A stretch of 64,000 nt of DNA, taken from NCBI GenBank assembly GCA_965216905.1, contig OZ244213.1:2380089-2444088 (forward strand), in the 5' to 3' direction. The translations under genes were made by a program, and so were the position numbers. The notes beneath the pieces were generated by a model that was given only the letters and a program-made list of their open reading frames with translations, made no database searches and had not been told where the DNA came from. The first letter of the stretch is position 1. The number at the start of each line of letters is the position of its first letter. Source of the DNA: Acidimicrobiia bacterium (GTDB taxonomy: Bacteria; Actinomycetota; Acidimicrobiia; Spongiisociales; ZC4RG35). Below, piece after piece: positions 9,668-18,745 of the stretch.

Positions 9668-9822
9668 GCCCACTCATCGACCCCGAGCTGTTGGTACGGC
9701 TTCGGTGCCCCCGTTGCCACCGTGACTTGACCGAGGACGGCGGAGCCGGCGAACTCGTGTGTGCCGACGGCCATCGCTACCCCGTGATCGACGGCATCCC
9801 GGACATGGTGGTCGGCGACTGA
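9664..9822 (+). CDS. Trm112-like small protein (52 aa), below the ORF-track length cut-off
   Basis: ATGA overlap with the manB stop. Sequence MSPLIDPELLVRLRCPRCHRDL...ELVCADGHRYPVIDGIPDMVVGD matches the Trm112/DUF343 C-x2-C ... C-x3-H pattern. Confidence 0.6.
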   Translation: MSPLIDPELLVRLRCPRCHRDLTEDGGAGELVCADGHRYPVIDGIPDMVVGD

Positions 9823-9937
9823 CGCCGGCCGTTTCCCGGTCATCGATCGGATCTCAGCTCCCTCATGTCGACAGGGGGCCACTCGCTCGTCGCATTCGCT
9901 GCATCCAATTCGCCGGCCGCACCGAATCTCTCCCGTC

Positions 9938-11197
9938 ATGTCCGAACCACTTCGCATCGCCGTCATCGGGTCCGGCATCGCCGGGCTGGGCGTCGCCCAT
10001 CACCTGTCACCGACGCATCACGTCGTGCTGTTCGAGGCCGACTCACGGCTCGGAGGGCACTCGAACACGGTGATCGTCGACGATCCGAATGCCGGCGAGC
10101 TGGCGGTCGACACCGGATTCATCGTGCACAACGACCGGAACTACCCGAACCTGGTCTCGCTGTTCGATGAGCTGGGGGTACAGACGCAACCCTCGGAGAT
10201 GAGCTTCTCGGTCACCGATCGCCGGCATTCCGGAGCTCGCCCGTTCACATACCGGGCGACCAATGCGGCAACGCTTGCCGCCGACCCGAGAAACGTTGTC
10301 GACCCACGCATGTGGAGCATGGTCGGTGACATCGTTCGGTTCTATCGAGACGCTCGCGAGTTCCTGGCGGATCCGGACTCTTCGACCACGATCGCCGAGT
10401 TCCTCGACCGCCACCAGTACGGGTCGCCGTTCGTCGATCTCCACCTCCTCCCGATGGGTTCGGCCGTTTGGTCGTGTGCGCCGGACGAGTTCCGTTCGCA
10501 TCCCGCGGTCAGCCTGCTGCGCTTTCTGGACCACCACGGACTGCTGGGTCTGGGGAACCGGCCCCAATGGCGGACGGTGGTGGGCGGCAGCCGGCGATAT
10601 GTCCGGGCGATCGCCGAACGCTTCGCAGGCGAAATCCGAATGGGTTGCCCGGTTGAGCGACTGGAGCGGACCGAAGCCGGGGTGCTGGTCACCACGCCGG
10701 GTGGGAGCGAGCGCTTCGATCGGGTGGTGTTGGCGGTTCACTCCGACCAGGCGCTGGAGATGTTGTCCGACGCCTCCCCGACCGAGAAGGAGGTGCTCGG
10801 AGCCGTCCGGTACCGATCGAACCGGGCGGTCCTCCACACCGACAGCTCGGTGCTGCCACCGCGGCGCCGTGCGTGGGCGGCATGGAACTACGAGCGGTCG
10901 ACCGACGGCGACATGCGGGTCACCTACGACCTGACCACGTTGCAGCGCCTTCCCGGCGCTCACCGCTACCTCGTGACGCTGAACGACGTGGAGCGGATCG
11001 ACGAACGGGCCGTGATCGCGGAGTTCGACTATGCCCATCCTCTGTTCGATCATGCCGCCATCGAGGCTCAGACCCGGTTCGAGGAGATCGACGGTGTCGA
11101 TCGCGTTCACTACTGCGGTGCCTGGTGGGGGTACGGTTTCCACGAGGACGGCCTGGCGTCTGCGCTTCGGGTCGTCGGCCGGATCCGGAGGAGCTGA
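9938..11197 (+). CDS. FAD-dependent oxidoreductase (amine-oxidase-like, NAD/FAD-binding)
   Basis: N-terminal Rossmann signature IAVIGSGIAGLGVAHHL...FEADSRLGGH. Upstream member of the conserved oxidoreductase/DUF1365/Cfa trio. Confidence 0.8.
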   Translation: MSEPLRIAVIGSGIAGLGVAHHLSPTHHVVLFEADSRLGGHSNTVIVDDPNAGELAVDTGFIVHNDRNYPNLVSLFDELGVQTQPSEMSFSVTDRRHSGARPFTYRATNAATLAADPRNVVDPRMWSMVGDIVRFYRDAREFLADPDSSTTIAEFLDRHQYGSPFVDLHLLPMGSAVWSCAPDEFRSHPAVSLLRFLDHHGLLGLGNRPQWRTVVGGSRRYVRAIAERFAGEIRMGCPVERLERTEAGVLVTTPGGSERFDRVVLAVHSDQALEMLSDASPTEKEVLGAVRYRSNRAVLHTDSSVLPPRRRAWAAWNYERSTDGDMRVTYDLTTLQRLPGAHRYLVTLNDVERIDERAVIAEFDYAHPLFDHAAIEAQTRFEEIDGVDRVHYCGAWWGYGFHEDGLASALRVVGRIRRS

Positions 11198-11973
11198 TGT
11201 TGGCGCCTAGGTCTGCGGCAGTCGCGGAAGGCACGGTCTGGCACAGCCGTCGCGTTCCCCGCCACCATTCGTTCACGCGACGGGTCTCCTATGTTTGGGT
11301 CGACCCCGACGATGTCGGTGGCCTGGTCGACCATCACCCCTTGTGGCGGATGGGGCGCGGAGTCGTCTCGTTCCGACGAGCGGACTTCGGCGGCAACCCG
11401 GCCATGTCTCTGGCGACCTCCGTCCGCAGCGATCTCTCCGGGCCGCTGGGCCGGCGTCCATCCGGACCCGTACGCATGCTGACCCAGCTTCGCCGTCTGG
11501 GCTGGCTGTTCAACCCCATCACCGTCTTCTTCGTCTGGGACGGACCGGGGCCGCCCGTGGCCGCCGTGCTGGAGGTCACGAATACGCCATGGAAGGAACG
11601 GCTTCGGTATCCGTTGATCCTGGTCGGCTCTGAAGGTTGGGTCGAAGGCTCGACCGACAAGGCACTCCACGTTTCGCCCTTCCTCGGCATGGAATATCGA
11701 TACCGGTTCCGGGCGACCGACCGGAACGGTCGAATCACCGTGCGTGTCGACGTGCTCGATGCCAACGGGTCGGCGACGGTGTCCACCCGACTCGATGTTC
11801 AACTGGAGCCGGCGTCGCGTCGGGTCCTGAGCCGCTCGTTGTGGCGGCATCTCGGTTCGACGCTGGCCGTGAGCGTCGGGATCCATCTCCATGCGCTTCG
11901 CCTTTGGAGCAAGGGTGTGCCCTTCATCGCACACCCCCGGAAACGAATCCGAGGCGAGGGAGTGCCGGCGTGA
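11197..11973 (+). CDS. DUF1365-family protein
   Basis: Start overlaps the upstream stop (TGATG). Position and sequence are typical of DUF1365 proteins linked to Cfa-family methyltransferases. Confidence 0.7.
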   Translation: MLAPRSAAVAEGTVWHSRRVPRHHSFTRRVSYVWVDPDDVGGLVDHHPLWRMGRGVVSFRRADFGGNPAMSLATSVRSDLSGPLGRRPSGPVRMLTQLRRLGWLFNPITVFFVWDGPGPPVAAVLEVTNTPWKERLRYPLILVGSEGWVEGSTDKALHVSPFLGMEYRYRFRATDRNGRITVRVDVLDANGSATVSTRLDVQLEPASRRVLSRSLWRHLGSTLAVSVGIHLHALRLWSKGVPFIAHPRKRIRGEGVPA

Positions 11974-13256
11974 CGGCACAGGAGACCCGCTCCCGGCTCC
12001 AGCCGGAGGGACTCCTTCGCCGGAGCCGCCGCCGAATCCCTGCGTTGGAAGCGGTGGCCGGTCTCGCCCGTTCGGTTCTCACGGCCGCACTGACCAGGAT
12101 GAGCTCGGACTCGCTGGTCGTCGAGGAGCTCGGGCGTCCTCGCGCCCGATACGGCCCGGGCGGCGGGCTGGAGGCAACGGTGACCATCTCGGATCGACGG
12201 GCGTGGTCGGCGGTGCTGACCGAAGGCTCCATCGGCTTGGGACGTGGCTACATCGAGGGCTGGTGGACGAGCGATGACCCCGTCACCGTCGTTCGGGTGA
12301 TCGTCCGCAACCTGGCTTGGCTGGACGAAGCCCGGAACGCCGTCGACCGCCGGACGCGGTGGTTCACCGATCCGGTCCGGCGTATGGCCCCGCGGGCGGG
12401 TCGGCGCCGGAATCGGGAGGACATCGCAACCCATTACGACCTCGGGAACGAGTTCTTCTCGGTGTTTCTCGACGAGACGATGTCGTACTCCTCGGCGATC
12501 TTTCCCACGCCCGATGCCGGACTCGGGGCTGCCAGCCTCCACAAGTACGACCGTATCATCGACGAGCTTGCCGTGCGGCGCGATCATCACGTGCTCGAGA
12601 TCGGGACCGGGTGGGGCGGATTCGTCTTGCGCGCCATCGAGACGACGGGTTGTCGGGTGACGACCACCACCATCTCTCGAAACCAGCTGGAAGAGGCTCG
12701 CCGCCGGGTCGAGCTGGCCGGTGTGGCGGATCGTGCTCGCCTGCTCGATGTCGACTGGAGGGACCTGACGGGTCGATACGATCGAGTCGTGTCGATCGAG
12801 ATGATCGAGGCGGTGGACTGGCGAGACTACGGACGCTTCTTCGCCAAGATCGAAGCGTCATTGGAGCCCGACGGCATGGCCGCCATCCAGGCGATCTGCA
12901 TACCCGACCGACGATTCCACCGAGCCAAGCACACCGAGGATTTCATTCGTCGGTTCGTGTTCCCCGGCGGCTATCTGCCATCGCTGGGAGCGATCTCCGA
13001 CGCCGTGGCCGGTGCCACCAAACTGCAGGTCGTGGCGGTCGACGACTACGGCGAGCACTACGCCGAGACGCTTCGGCGGTGGCGACGCCGTTTCGACGCC
13101 CGATCGGACGAGGTTCGGGCGCTGGGACTCGATGACCGATTCTGCCGACTGTGGCGTTTCTACCTGGCGTACTGTGAAGCCGCATTTCGCGAACGGCACA
13201 CCACCGTCTGTCAGATCGTGATCGCGGGCAGGGAGTGGCGGCGCCCGATCCGCTGA
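11970..13256 (+). CDS. cfa: cyclopropane-fatty-acyl-phospholipid synthase family SAM-dependent methyltransferase
   Basis: GTGA overlap start; an alternative ATG lies at 12096. Motifs GLGRGYIEGWW, VLEIGTGWGG (SAM-binding) and YLAYCEAAF are typical of Cfa. Confidence 0.8.
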   Translation: MTAQETRSRLQPEGLLRRSRRRIPALEAVAGLARSVLTAALTRMSSDSLVVEELGRPRARYGPGGGLEATVTISDRRAWSAVLTEGSIGLGRGYIEGWWTSDDPVTVVRVIVRNLAWLDEARNAVDRRTRWFTDPVRRMAPRAGRRRNREDIATHYDLGNEFFSVFLDETMSYSSAIFPTPDAGLGAASLHKYDRIIDELAVRRDHHVLEIGTGWGGFVLRAIETTGCRVTTTTISRNQLEEARRRVELAGVADRARLLDVDWRDLTGRYDRVVSIEMIEAVDWRDYGRFFAKIEASLEPDGMAAIQAICIPDRRFHRAKHTEDFIRRFVFPGGYLPSLGAISDAVAGATKLQVVAVDDYGEHYAETLRRWRRRFDARSDEVRALGLDDRFCRLWRFYLAYCEAAFRERHTTVCQIVIAGREWRRPIR

Positions 13257-13289
13257 GAACCGTCACCCGCCGAACGTAGATTCGTCGAT

Positions 13290-13880
13290 GTGCAGTGTCT
13301 GGCGTGTCACGGCTTCTCCCACTCGAGTGTCTGTTCGGCGTGCCGCCTCAGATTTCGACCGGCGGCCGACCGCTGGCTGCCGTGCGGTCTGTGGGTCCAG
13401 GCCGGGGCGGATCATGCCGGGCCGGCTCGGATGCTGGTGCACCGCTTGAAGTATCAGGGAGTCGTGGCGGCCGCCGACCGGCTGGTGGATCCCCTGCTTC
13501 CCCTGCTCGATGGTGCTGTCGCGCTGGTTCCGGTCCCGCGCGTACTGGCTCGGCGCTGGCGGCTCGGGATCGACCCGGCTCGGGTGATCGCCGACACCCT
13601 CTCGCAGCGAGCCGGGCTCCCGGTGGTCACCGCGCTGGCCGCCGACTGGTGGTCTCCCCGTCGAGCGGGGCGTGCCCGCGCCGATCGTGCGACGCCCCGC
13701 TTCTCGGCGGTGGGACGGCCACCGCCCGGCAGTGTGCTCGTCGACGATGTCGTGACAACCGGGTCCACGCTCACCGCGGCGTGCGCGGCCCTGAACGGTG
13801 TCATCGGGCGAGCCGTGTGTGCCACATCCTCCAACAGGCCGCTCAAGTCGATGCCCGGGCAGACCGATCAGAAGCAATGA
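13290..13880 (+). CDS. ComF-family phosphoribosyltransferase-domain protein
   Basis: N-terminal Cys4 cluster plus a C-terminal PRTase motif VLVDDVVTTGSTL. Conserved position upstream of hpf and secA. Confidence 0.7.
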   Translation: MQCLACHGFSHSSVCSACRLRFRPAADRWLPCGLWVQAGADHAGPARMLVHRLKYQGVVAAADRLVDPLLPLLDGAVALVPVPRVLARRWRLGIDPARVIADTLSQRAGLPVVTALAADWWSPRRAGRARADRATPRFSAVGRPPPGSVLVDDVVTTGSTLTAACAALNGVIGRAVCATSSNRPLKSMPGQTDQKQ

Positions 13881-13932
13881 CTAGTCTCCGCGCGGCGCCG
13901 CGACATGGTCCCGATGAGGAGGGCTGAAACAG

Positions 13933-14463
13933 GTGGACGTTCGCTTGCACACCCGAAACACATCCGTTGACGATCCATTCCGTTCCCGCGTGGTGGAAAA
14001 GGTCGGTCACACCGGACGAATCTTCGACCACGCCACCCAGGTCGATGTCGAGCTGTCCGAGTCTCACAACCCTCGGCGAGCGGCGGAGCGTTTCCGAATC
14101 GAGCTCACCTCGCTCGTCGGAGGACGGGTACTCCGTATCGCCTCGGACGGGCCCACCGCCGAGGATGCTCTCGACGACGCGGTCGACCGGTTCTCGCGGC
14201 AGCTGCGGCGGCACAAGGAGCGGGTCATCGACGCCCGTCGGCGTCCGGCACCCGAGCCGACCCCACCCCGCCGGACATCCGATGCCGGTGAGGTGGTGCG
14301 GACGAAGCAGTTCGTGATGAAGCCGATGAGCGTCGATGAGGCCGCGCTGCAGATGGATCTGCTCGGACACTCGTTCTTCGTCTTCCACAATGCGTCCAAC
14401 GACAAGCAGTGTGTTCTGTACCGCCGTCGTGACGGCAGACTTGGACTGATCGAGCCGGCATGA
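13933..14463 (+). CDS. hpf: ribosome hibernation promoting factor (long form)
   Basis: RaiA/HPF N-terminal domain and C-terminal dimerisation domain (FVMKPMSVDEAALQMDLLGHSFFVFHN). Confidence 0.85.
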   Translation: MDVRLHTRNTSVDDPFRSRVVEKVGHTGRIFDHATQVDVELSESHNPRRAAERFRIELTSLVGGRVLRIASDGPTAEDALDDAVDRFSRQLRRHKERVIDARRRPAPEPTPPRRTSDAGEVVRTKQFVMKPMSVDEAALQMDLLGHSFFVFHNASNDKQCVLYRRRDGRLGLIEPA

Positions 14464-15116
14464 GGAACCCGACCCTGGTCATCGTCGACGACGCCCCGCT
14501 CTTCCAGGCGGGTCTCTCCGCGGCGTTCAAGGAGGAAGGCTTCGACGTGGCCGGTCAGGCAGATCGGGCGCTCGATGCCGTCGCAATGGCCCGCGACACC
14601 CAACCCGATCTGGTGCTTCTCGATGTACTCATGCCCGGCATCTCCGGTTTGGAGGTCGTCACCAAGATCATCGAAGCCTCGCCCAAGACGAAGGTGGTCC
14701 TGCTGACCTCGTCCGAGTCGGAGGAGGACCTTCTCAAGGCGATCAAGAGCGGCGCTCGTGGCTACATCGTCAAGACCTCGCCCATGTCGGTGCTGATCGC
14801 ATCGGTTCGACAGGTGTTGGAGGGTGGGGCAGTCGTGTCACCCTTCATGGGTGGGAAGCTGTTCGACACCGTCGCCCACCTGCTCCGTCATCGGGACACC
14901 AACGCCTCACGCAAGCCGACGCTGACCGGGCGGGAGGTCGAGGTGCTCCAGCACATCTCCGAGGGCATGACATCTCGGGAGATCGGGGAGAAGCTCTTCA
15001 TCTCCGAGAACACGGTCAAGAACCACGTGCGGAACATTCTCGACAAACTGGGGCTCCGCTCCCGCAACGAAGCCGTCGTCTACGCAATTCGCGAGGGCCT
15101 CATCTCGTCGGGCTGA
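14460..15116 (+). CDS. NarL/LuxR-family response regulator
   Basis: Receiver domain (DLVLLDVLMPG) plus a C-terminal LuxR HTH (LTGREVEVLQHISEGMTSREIGEKLFISENTVKNH). ATGA overlap with the hpf stop. Confidence 0.85.
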   Translation: MRNPTLVIVDDAPLFQAGLSAAFKEEGFDVAGQADRALDAVAMARDTQPDLVLLDVLMPGISGLEVVTKIIEASPKTKVVLLTSSESEEDLLKAIKSGARGYIVKTSPMSVLIASVRQVLEGGAVVSPFMGGKLFDTVAHLLRHRDTNASRKPTLTGREVEVLQHISEGMTSREIGEKLFISENTVKNHVRNILDKLGLRSRNEAVVYAIREGLISSG

Positions 15117-15144
15117 ACCGGGCCACCGATCACCAGTCCACCGA

Positions 15145-16131
15145 TCACCAGTCCATCTGGAACTCGATGCTGTGCCCGCGCAGCTCAAAACCGAGGAGTT
15201 CGTTGACGCGAATCATCGGCCCGTTGGCGGTGGCGTTGTAGGTCCAGATCTCTTCCACGCTCTGGCCGGAGGCGTCGATCTGGCGATGGTTGGCCAGCTT
15301 CACGGCCAGGCCCAGCCGGTGGCCACGGTGCTCGGGGGCGACCACGGTGTCCCACTGGTACGCAGGTCGGTCGGGGGCGCGTTCGGTGACGATCTGCGTC
15401 ATGGCCACGAGACGATCGTCGATGGCGGCGCCGGCGCACCAGGACCGCCGCTCCATCAACTCGATCGTCGCCTCGGTCTCGCGAAGCCGGTCGGCGTCGT
15501 GGACCTCGGGTTCGTAGTCCAGATCGCCCATGGGCGCGTCGAGCACCAGGCGTCCGGCCAGTTCGCACCAGCTCTCGACCGCCCATTCGGGCGCGGCGCC
15601 CTCCCAGGAGACGATCTGGTAGCCGGCCGTCTTCTCTTCGAGCTCTGCCATCCAGGGGCCGGTGCGGACGAGCGGCGGGCGCAGGGAGCGGACATCGGTT
15701 GCCAGCGCCGGCGACGCTCCGAGCGATTCCAGGAAGTGCCGACCCGCCTCGCTGCTGGAGGGCATGTCGGGTAGCTCGGTGATCAGACGCCGTCGCCCGG
15801 CCCTGGTGGCGTCGAAGCGGACCGCGTCGACGAGAGCGGCACCGATCCCGCGACGGCGATGATCGGGGTGGACTGCCACCGCCGCGAGCACGGTGGTGCG
15901 GTTGTCTCGCAACGGCCGTGCATCCTCGACGGCTCCCATCCAGGTGTCGCCGTCGGCGGCCACCCAGCAGGCGGTGTCCGTGCTCTTCTCCATCCCGCGG
16001 ACGTATCCGCGGAACGCTGCCAGTGTCGCCCGAGGATGTTCGGGGTGATCTGCCGCGTACGCCTGGTCGAACACCGAGAACCACCGCTCGAATTGCTCGT
16101 CGTCGTGGTGATCGATCCGGAAGATGTCCAT
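15145..16131 (-). CDS. GNAT-family N-acetyltransferase with tandem GNAT domains
   Basis: Two acetyl-CoA-binding motifs (HPDHRRRGIGAAL and APEHRGHRLGLAV). Confidence 0.7.
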   Translation of the reverse strand: MDIFRIDHHDDEQFERWFSVFDQAYAADHPEHPRATLAAFRGYVRGMEKSTDTACWVAADGDTWMGAVEDARPLRDNRTTVLAAVAVHPDHRRRGIGAALVDAVRFDATRAGRRRLITELPDMPSSSEAGRHFLESLGASPALATDVRSLRPPLVRTGPWMAELEEKTAGYQIVSWEGAAPEWAVESWCELAGRLVLDAPMGDLDYEPEVHDADRLRETEATIELMERRSWCAGAAIDDRLVAMTQIVTERAPDRPAYQWDTVVAPEHRGHRLGLAVKLANHRQIDASGQSVEEIWTYNATANGPMIRVNELLGFELRGHSIEFQMDW

Positions 16132-16191
16132 CGCGGAGACCTTACGGATCGGACGGAGGGAACCCGGCCGATTATCTGCGCCCGGCGGGTC

Positions 16192-18744
16192 TCATTCGTA
16201 GGCGATGGCCTCGAGGATGTCCATGCGGGCGGCCTTGCGTGCCGGGAAGATCGAGGCCAGCACTCCGGCCAGGAACGAGGCGACGAGGGCGCCCACCACC
16301 CACGCCCACGGGATCGAGAAGCTCACGCCTTCGCCCACGATGGTGACGGCCAGTACCCAACCGAGAAAGAGCCCCAGGGTCAGCCCCAGGATGGTGCCGA
16401 AGGTGGCGATGAGCACCGATTCTCGTCGGATCATGCGTCGGACCTGCCGGCGGGTCATGCCGACGGCTCGGAGCAGGCCGGTCTCGCGAGTCCGCTCGAT
16501 GACCGCCAGATAGAGCGTCAGGACGATCCCGACGACGGCCACCAGCAGCGACATCATCAGGAGACCGGCGACCATCCCCACCAACGCCGTCAACAGGCCC
16601 CGCACCAAACCGAGCACATCGTCGACGTCGAGCACGTCGGCCGTGGGATACTCGACCAGCGCTTCCTCGATCCGTTCCTTGACGGTCGCCACGTCGGTCG
16701 AGTCTTCTACGCCGACGTTCACGTTGAGGTCCACCGGGTTGTCCTGGAGCTCGGCGACGCGATCGTATGGCATGTAGTAGGACTGGCTGTCGGATACATC
16801 GCCGCCCAGGTCGAAGATCGCCACCACCCGGGGGTCGATGGATTCGGTCCCGAGGCGCATGCGGACCACGTCCCCGAGGGCCAGGCCCAACCGGTCGGCT
16901 TCGATCCGTTGCACGGCGACCGTGTTGCCGGAGAGGTCCTCGAATGAGCCCTCCACGCTCTCGAAGACGATGGCCAGTCCCACGGAGTCGGGAACCACCC
17001 CGAACACCAGCAGATCGGAGTCGTCGGCGAGCCGCACCGTCACGCCGTTGATCGGGCTCACCTCTGCGACCCCGTCCACCTGCGACACCACGTCCCCCAC
17101 CTCCGGCGGGATGCCACCGAACCCCCCGAACTGCGACGACTGGACGAAGAGGTCTGCGGCGACCGCGTCTTCGATGCTGGCGATGACCGTCGATTCGACC
17201 GACTCGGCCATCACCGCCACGGACGCGACGAGGCCCAGTCCGATCATCAGTGCGGTTGCCGTGGTCGCCGTGCGCCGGGGTGCCCTCCGAGCGTTCTCTC
17301 GCGCCAGCGCCGACTCGGTCGAGTTGCCGGGTCGTCCGAGCAGGCCGACGAGAGGTTTGACGAGTGCCCGCGACAACAGGATGACGGCCACGAAGCATCC
17401 GAACGCTCCGGCACCCGCCATCACCAGGGGACCCGTCTCTCCGGTCAAGGCACCACCGTCGGTGGCGTCCGTGACCGCCTTGATACAGAGGGACACCGAT
17501 CCCAGGAGCAGCACGGCGCCGACGCCGGTCCACCAGCGCCTTCGGGGCCGGGTGTTCGGCTGGTCTCGCAATGCCTCCATCGGTGTGATCGACGCGGTCC
17601 GCAGGGAAGGAATCAGCGCAGACACCAGCGTCGTGACGACGCCGACCGCCACCCCGATCCCGAACGTGCGGGGCGAGAGGATGAGCCCGTCGTCGGGCAG
17701 CGAGCTGCCGAGTTGCTCCAGCAGGCGCCGGATCGCGACCGCCAATCCGATCCCGGCGATCACACCGCCCAGCGAGGCCAGGATGCCGACCACGGCCGCT
17801 TCGGTCAGCACCGACGCGACCAGCTGGCGCCGGGTGGTGCCCAGGACACGCAGCAGGGCCAGTTCTTTGGAGCGCTGGCTGACCACCACGCGGAAGGCGT
17901 TGTAGACGACGAAGGCCCCGACGATCAGTGAGATGGTGGCAAAGACCAGGAGGAAGGTGTTGAAGAACCCGAGGCCCTCCTCGAGCTCCGCGGCCTCCTG
18001 CTCGGCCTGGGCCTGCGCATCCACCACGGTCGCCCGCTCGCCGAGGGTGTCCGCCACGCGTTCCACGACGTCGGTCACCGCCGCGTCTCGCTCGATCGAG
18101 ATGTCGAACCCACTCACCTCGGCCTCGAATCCGAGCAGGTCGGCCGCCGTGCCGAACTCGAACGCGATGAACTGGGGACCGATCGCCTGGTCGGAGCCAC
18201 CCACGGTGAAGAACCCGGTGATCTCGAAGCGCTCTCTCGGACCCTGGCCGACGAGCTCGATGGAGTCTCCGATGGAGATCCCGGCCTCGGCGGCGCTGCC
18301 GACATCCATCACCGCCTCTCCAGGGCCACTCGGCGCGTCGCCGGAGCTGAGCTCGAAGAACCCACTGCCCTCCGGCCAGGAGATGCCGATGGTGGGTGGA
18401 CCGAACCCGGTGTTCTCGACCGTTCCATCCTCGGAGACGAGCGTGAGGAAGCCCTCCAGATTCGGCCGTGTGGATGCGACGCCGGGAATGGCGCCGATCT
18501 CCTCGGCGAGCTCCGCCGCGAGTCGAGGCTGACTGAACGGATCGTCACTGCTGTCGCCGGGTGGCGCGACCACGATGTCGACGCCCACCGCCGCGTTCGA
18601 AAAGATCGAGTTGAAGCCGGCCGAGAGGGTGTCGGTGAAGACGAAGGAGGCAACGACGAACGAAACACCGGCAACCACCGCCGCACCCAGCAGCAGTGTC
18701 CGGAGCTTGTGGTCCCAGAGGTTGCGGAGAGCGAGGAGGATCAC
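16192..18744 (-). CDS. ABC transporter permease, MacB/FtsX-like with duplicated FtsX domains
   Basis: 850 aa, about 8 TM helices, two large extracytoplasmic loops. Located directly downstream of the ATPase. Confidence 0.85.
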   Translation of the reverse strand: MILLALRNLWDHKLRTLLLGAAVVAGVSFVVASFVFTDTLSAGFNSIFSNAAVGVDIVVAPPGDSSDDPFSQPRLAAELAEEIGAIPGVASTRPNLEGFLTLVSEDGTVENTGFGPPTIGISWPEGSGFFELSSGDAPSGPGEAVMDVGSAAEAGISIGDSIELVGQGPRERFEITGFFTVGGSDQAIGPQFIAFEFGTAADLLGFEAEVSGFDISIERDAAVTDVVERVADTLGERATVVDAQAQAEQEAAELEEGLGFFNTFLLVFATISLIVGAFVVYNAFRVVVSQRSKELALLRVLGTTRRQLVASVLTEAAVVGILASLGGVIAGIGLAVAIRRLLEQLGSSLPDDGLILSPRTFGIGVAVGVVTTLVSALIPSLRTASITPMEALRDQPNTRPRRRWWTGVGAVLLLGSVSLCIKAVTDATDGGALTGETGPLVMAGAGAFGCFVAVILLSRALVKPLVGLLGRPGNSTESALARENARRAPRRTATTATALMIGLGLVASVAVMAESVESTVIASIEDAVAADLFVQSSQFGGFGGIPPEVGDVVSQVDGVAEVSPINGVTVRLADDSDLLVFGVVPDSVGLAIVFESVEGSFEDLSGNTVAVQRIEADRLGLALGDVVRMRLGTESIDPRVVAIFDLGGDVSDSQSYYMPYDRVAELQDNPVDLNVNVGVEDSTDVATVKERIEEALVEYPTADVLDVDDVLGLVRGLLTALVGMVAGLLMMSLLVAVVGIVLTLYLAVIERTRETGLLRAVGMTRRQVRRMIRRESVLIATFGTILGLTLGLFLGWVLAVTIVGEGVSFSIPWAWVVGALVASFLAGVLASIFPARKAARMDILEAIAYE

Positions 18745-18745
18745 G

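Noticed and set aside
13288-13290. ATG at 13288 as the comF start
   Set aside because: It is out of frame with the conserved ComF sequence. The in-frame GTG at 13290 (ATGTG) is the start consistent with the Cys-cluster N-terminus.
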